From: Harriotta raleighana
Taxonomy: Eukaryota
Assembly (NCBI GenBank): GCA_050575255.1
Contig: JBNZDD010013726.1
Coordinates: forward strand, 10,136,618 to 10,200,617
Length of the DNA stretch: 64,000 nucleotides
Direction: 5' to 3'
Numbering within the stretch: position 1 is the stretch's first letter; each line of letters begins with the position of its first letter. This document shows positions 60,496-64,000 of this stretch, piece by piece. Under the pieces are notes generated by a model. The model was given only the letters and a program-made list of their open reading frames with translations. It ran no database searches and had not been told where the DNA came from. The translations under genes and the position numbers were made by a program.

Positions 60496-63400
60496 TTTGA
60501 AAGAACAAACCTTTGAGTCCCATTTACTTGCCTTTTCCCCACACCCACTATAGTTGACTCCTTTTTAGATATTTAACCATTTCCCCCTATGGATTCTGCC
60601 TCAAACAAATCATCACAAATCCAATCGAAATTCCAAGCAACTATTATTTTGATGAGAGCCTGTGGAATCATACACTTCCAATCGGATCTACAAAGCACCT
60701 TGTCTTCCATCAGGGTCCATTTGTAAGAGCTTTCTGAAGATGGTGGTAAACACTTGGTTTCTTGTTGCATGTCAGGAAGAGAAGGTTTAACAATGATGGT
60801 TTTAAAGAAACACCTCTGATGGGGAATATCACATGACAGGAAGATCTAATTACAGAGGAACAGCTCTCCTTAATACAATGCAAAAAAAAAATGATGGAGT
60901 GTCTTCCTATTAGAAATACTGTACTTTGCTATAAAAGGAAATAGTTACCGGTGATGCTAATGGCACATTTGAGACAGTCGTGTCACTGGTTTTCCAGTCA
61001 GTCTTATCTCTTACTAATGTATTACAGTTATTTAGAAAATCCAGTACTGTCTGACAGCTAAACACGAAATGATACTGGTAATTGTGCTGTAAAACTAATC
61101 ACAGAGACGCAATCAATGGTCCCGCAGACACACTACTTAAACTAGACAGGTCACTTCTGTGTGGCAATTTGCTTGAAGACATTCATAGAATTGGGTTGTG
61201 TTGCTAGGATCCTACACAATTCAAAGGCACTTAGATTCACAACAGAAAAAATTCTTGCTGTTGTATTTTGTGTTCATCCTCATCCAGATGATTATTATTA
61301 TCCTTTTTTAAAAAAATTACATTTTGTCTCTAGCTGCCTCTGGTAAATGTATTGAGGATTTTTAATGAAGTTGAGAAGGGAACTGCAAACGGAGGAGTCA
61401 GGTGATGTTTTTGTTTGTGTCTCTGATCTCTCTCCATGGAATACCAACAGGCATCGAAGAGCTCAATGCGAAGAGGATTCTGATTTTTCACACAAACAAG
61501 CTCTAGGGTTATTGTGGCACTTTCCATTACAATGTTGTTTGACTTAATTCCAAAGGATTGGTTGCTCCCTAGAGCGCCTGGTAACTTTGCTAATTGATCT
61601 TTGGCTGAGTACTGATGCCCCAATAAAAATACTGTATGGACTGTACCCGAGATCATCATGACATGGCATTAGATAGCCTTGGCCTTTCTGAAAATGATGT
61701 TCCTTCCCAACCCTTCAGGGTTTCGCCTCCACACAGGAGTCTTTTCATTAAATGTAGGCCAGCGTCTGAATGTAATACATTTGTAGTTCGCCAACGTGCG
61801 ATTGTCAAATTTCATTGTCCCAATTTCTGCTCTAGAATGTGGCTTCCTATTCATCCCACAATCCGTCCACTCGTTCCCACAGAACAGTGCTGCCATTGTT
61901 CGCAGGGCCTGAGTCACTGAAATATCTCGAAGTGCTAGTGTTACGTTCGACCGAGACAGCTTTATGTTCCCTTTGGCTCTGGCATGGATAGTTTCATGCT
62001 GTGACCTCATCGAGAGTGACGATAATAATTCATTTCCCACTTGGCCCTTAAAGCCTATACATTTACAACCAAAGCAGCTGATATCAATTATTAAAGATGG
62101 CTGTAGAAACACAAGTCCAACACAATCATTCCAAAACGGGTACATTTGGAAAAAAAAATCAAGTGTTACCTTCATGTAATTCATCGTACATGTTCATGCA
62201 ATTCATAAAAGTATCCCTGACTATATGGATAACTAACCCAAACACTTTGGGGCCTCCCCTCCTACCTTCAACCCTAACACCCCTTCAAATTCCTTCCCTC
62301 CATCCAAATCCCCAATTTCTGTTCCCCACCCAACAGCACTCATTAATCTGAATTGAACATTTTCTTCATTTCACTCTACACCTATCTCTACATTCTCCAA
62401 CACAATTGTTCTGATGCAAGTACATTTTTGATTCGGGGGAGTTAAACGACAGAGCAGCACTGTTTTTTGTTGGGAGTCTGTTTTGTAAATCCATTACTGA
62501 ACTTGCATTGGAGAAAAAATAAATTCTTGTCATGCTGGAAGATTTTAAACGTGAAACCTTTACCCTCACCGGGTCTGCTCTCACGGTCCAAGCCAAATAG
62601 CCTGTTTATATTCACATCATCTGTGTCACTCATCAATATCTGCTGTCTGCTTCAGTGTTAACTAGTTAAGAAAATAACAAGAGCAGCTTTGCAGCAGTTT
62701 TCAGCATAAACAATTTGGACCAGTTTATGAAGTGAAGTCACCCGAAACCTCCCTCAACAGGTCTCTAATTTGGAATTGGCCATATGCACTCACAACACTT
62801 GCCAAAATTGAATGTAGTTTCCAAGTTTACAGTTTTCCTAGTTGAATAACTATTTTGGTTAAGCCTTGTACTCTTTTCACCTTGATTTAAGACAGATGAA
62901 AAGGAGGAAAGATTCCAGATCAGCTCGGAGTCTAGTTTGATACTTGAAGCTATTTTGACAATGACTTTTTTTTTTAGACCTGCTGTCATTTTTGAGTGAC
63001 ACAGTGAAATTACGATCAGTGACTTATTTCAGCAAAGGACAATGGTGATGGGTTCATACATCAAAAAGAAATTTGTCAAAAAATATTTAATGGTTTGCTA
63101 CACAGTACAGTATTGTGCTGTCCTTGGTTTCTTCAACTGTTATGGCCTGGAGGGTGGACGGAAGATGAGGATTGTATTTGAATTACTGACCACATTATCC
63201 TTCAGCTCTGCTTAATTTATAACTGGAGGATGAAGACACAGGACCAGCATTTTATGCAAAATAGTAAGAGTGCAGTGAAGTGATCTCACGTCCCCAAATC
63301 AACCACAATCAAAACAAAATAGTTAAGGGAATCGGAGGAAAGGCTGATCGTTGAGCAGCAACCTTTTGCGTCAGGATCTAAAATCTAAACCAGGTCAGAA

Positions 63401-64000
63401 GAGTGTGTGAAAACCTCCTCTATCTGTGGTTCTAGGTAAATATCTATGGTCTTTGAAAAGGCATCACCAAGTGCCCCATAACATTACGCTGCCAATTTAG
63501 CAAAGCAGCAATTTCATTAGAACAGGCCAGAGGATGGCTGGTATGAGAAGTGTAATATCACACTGTTACAATATGGTACTCCATGGAGCTGAGGAGAGGG
63601 AGTTTTGCTCTGCGTCTAAACATATTGTAGCTCACCTGAAGACTTGGGTGCCCAAAATGGAGTATTATCCATTTCCAGCTGTAAAAACCCTCACTTTGAT
63701 AAGCCCTAAAAGGCAACTCCTTAAGCCCACCACAACGCCAACACCCCCTCCCCCACATCCCCCCCCCTCCCACCACCACCCCCAACAAAAAAGAAAATAA
63801 TCTGTCCTGACAAAATTCGCAGCTCAAACATAACAATCGAAAATGGCTATTTACGAAAACATTAAAGTCACTTCTGTCTCATGGTTTGCAAGTAACAAGC
63901 TTTCACTGGTGGTTTTGTGGAGGAATGAAACCTCCCAACATACACAAACTATTTATGTGGTATCCTAGTCTATAAAGCATCCTTGACAAAATCAACTCAG

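Noticed and set aside
60670-60745. Minus-strand IFRKLLQMDPDGR resembling kinase subdomain XI
   Set aside because: Short, followed by a stop, with weak splice sites and no supporting kinase exons.
61669-62184. Longest supplied ORF (171 aa) as a gene
   Set aside because: No domain similarity, atypical composition and no splice or promoter support.

Overview
This is AT-rich vertebrate genomic DNA, essentially intronic or intergenic. None of the supplied ORFs is a recognisable host protein; the only recognisable coding fragments are decayed CR1/L2-type LINE ORF2 pieces. The repeats are tRNA-derived Deu-like SINEs with L2-type tails, CR1 remnants, a Penelope-like inverted-repeat element and a Tigger-like MITE. 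That landscape suggests a cartilaginous fish, possibly the elephant shark (inference from memory of these families, not a search). Most of the roughly 20 single-N positions sit between near-identical direct duplications, which are most likely contig-join or haplotype artefacts. The most interesting signal is a repeat-free block at about 32.9-34.1 kb. On the minus strand it carries three small exons with good splice signals (74, 10 and 15 nt). Their phases chain into a frame-preserving 99-nt cassette with UGC motifs typical of neural microexons. I could not identify the host gene. No CRISPR array, rRNA, bona fide tRNA or prokaryotic system is supported.
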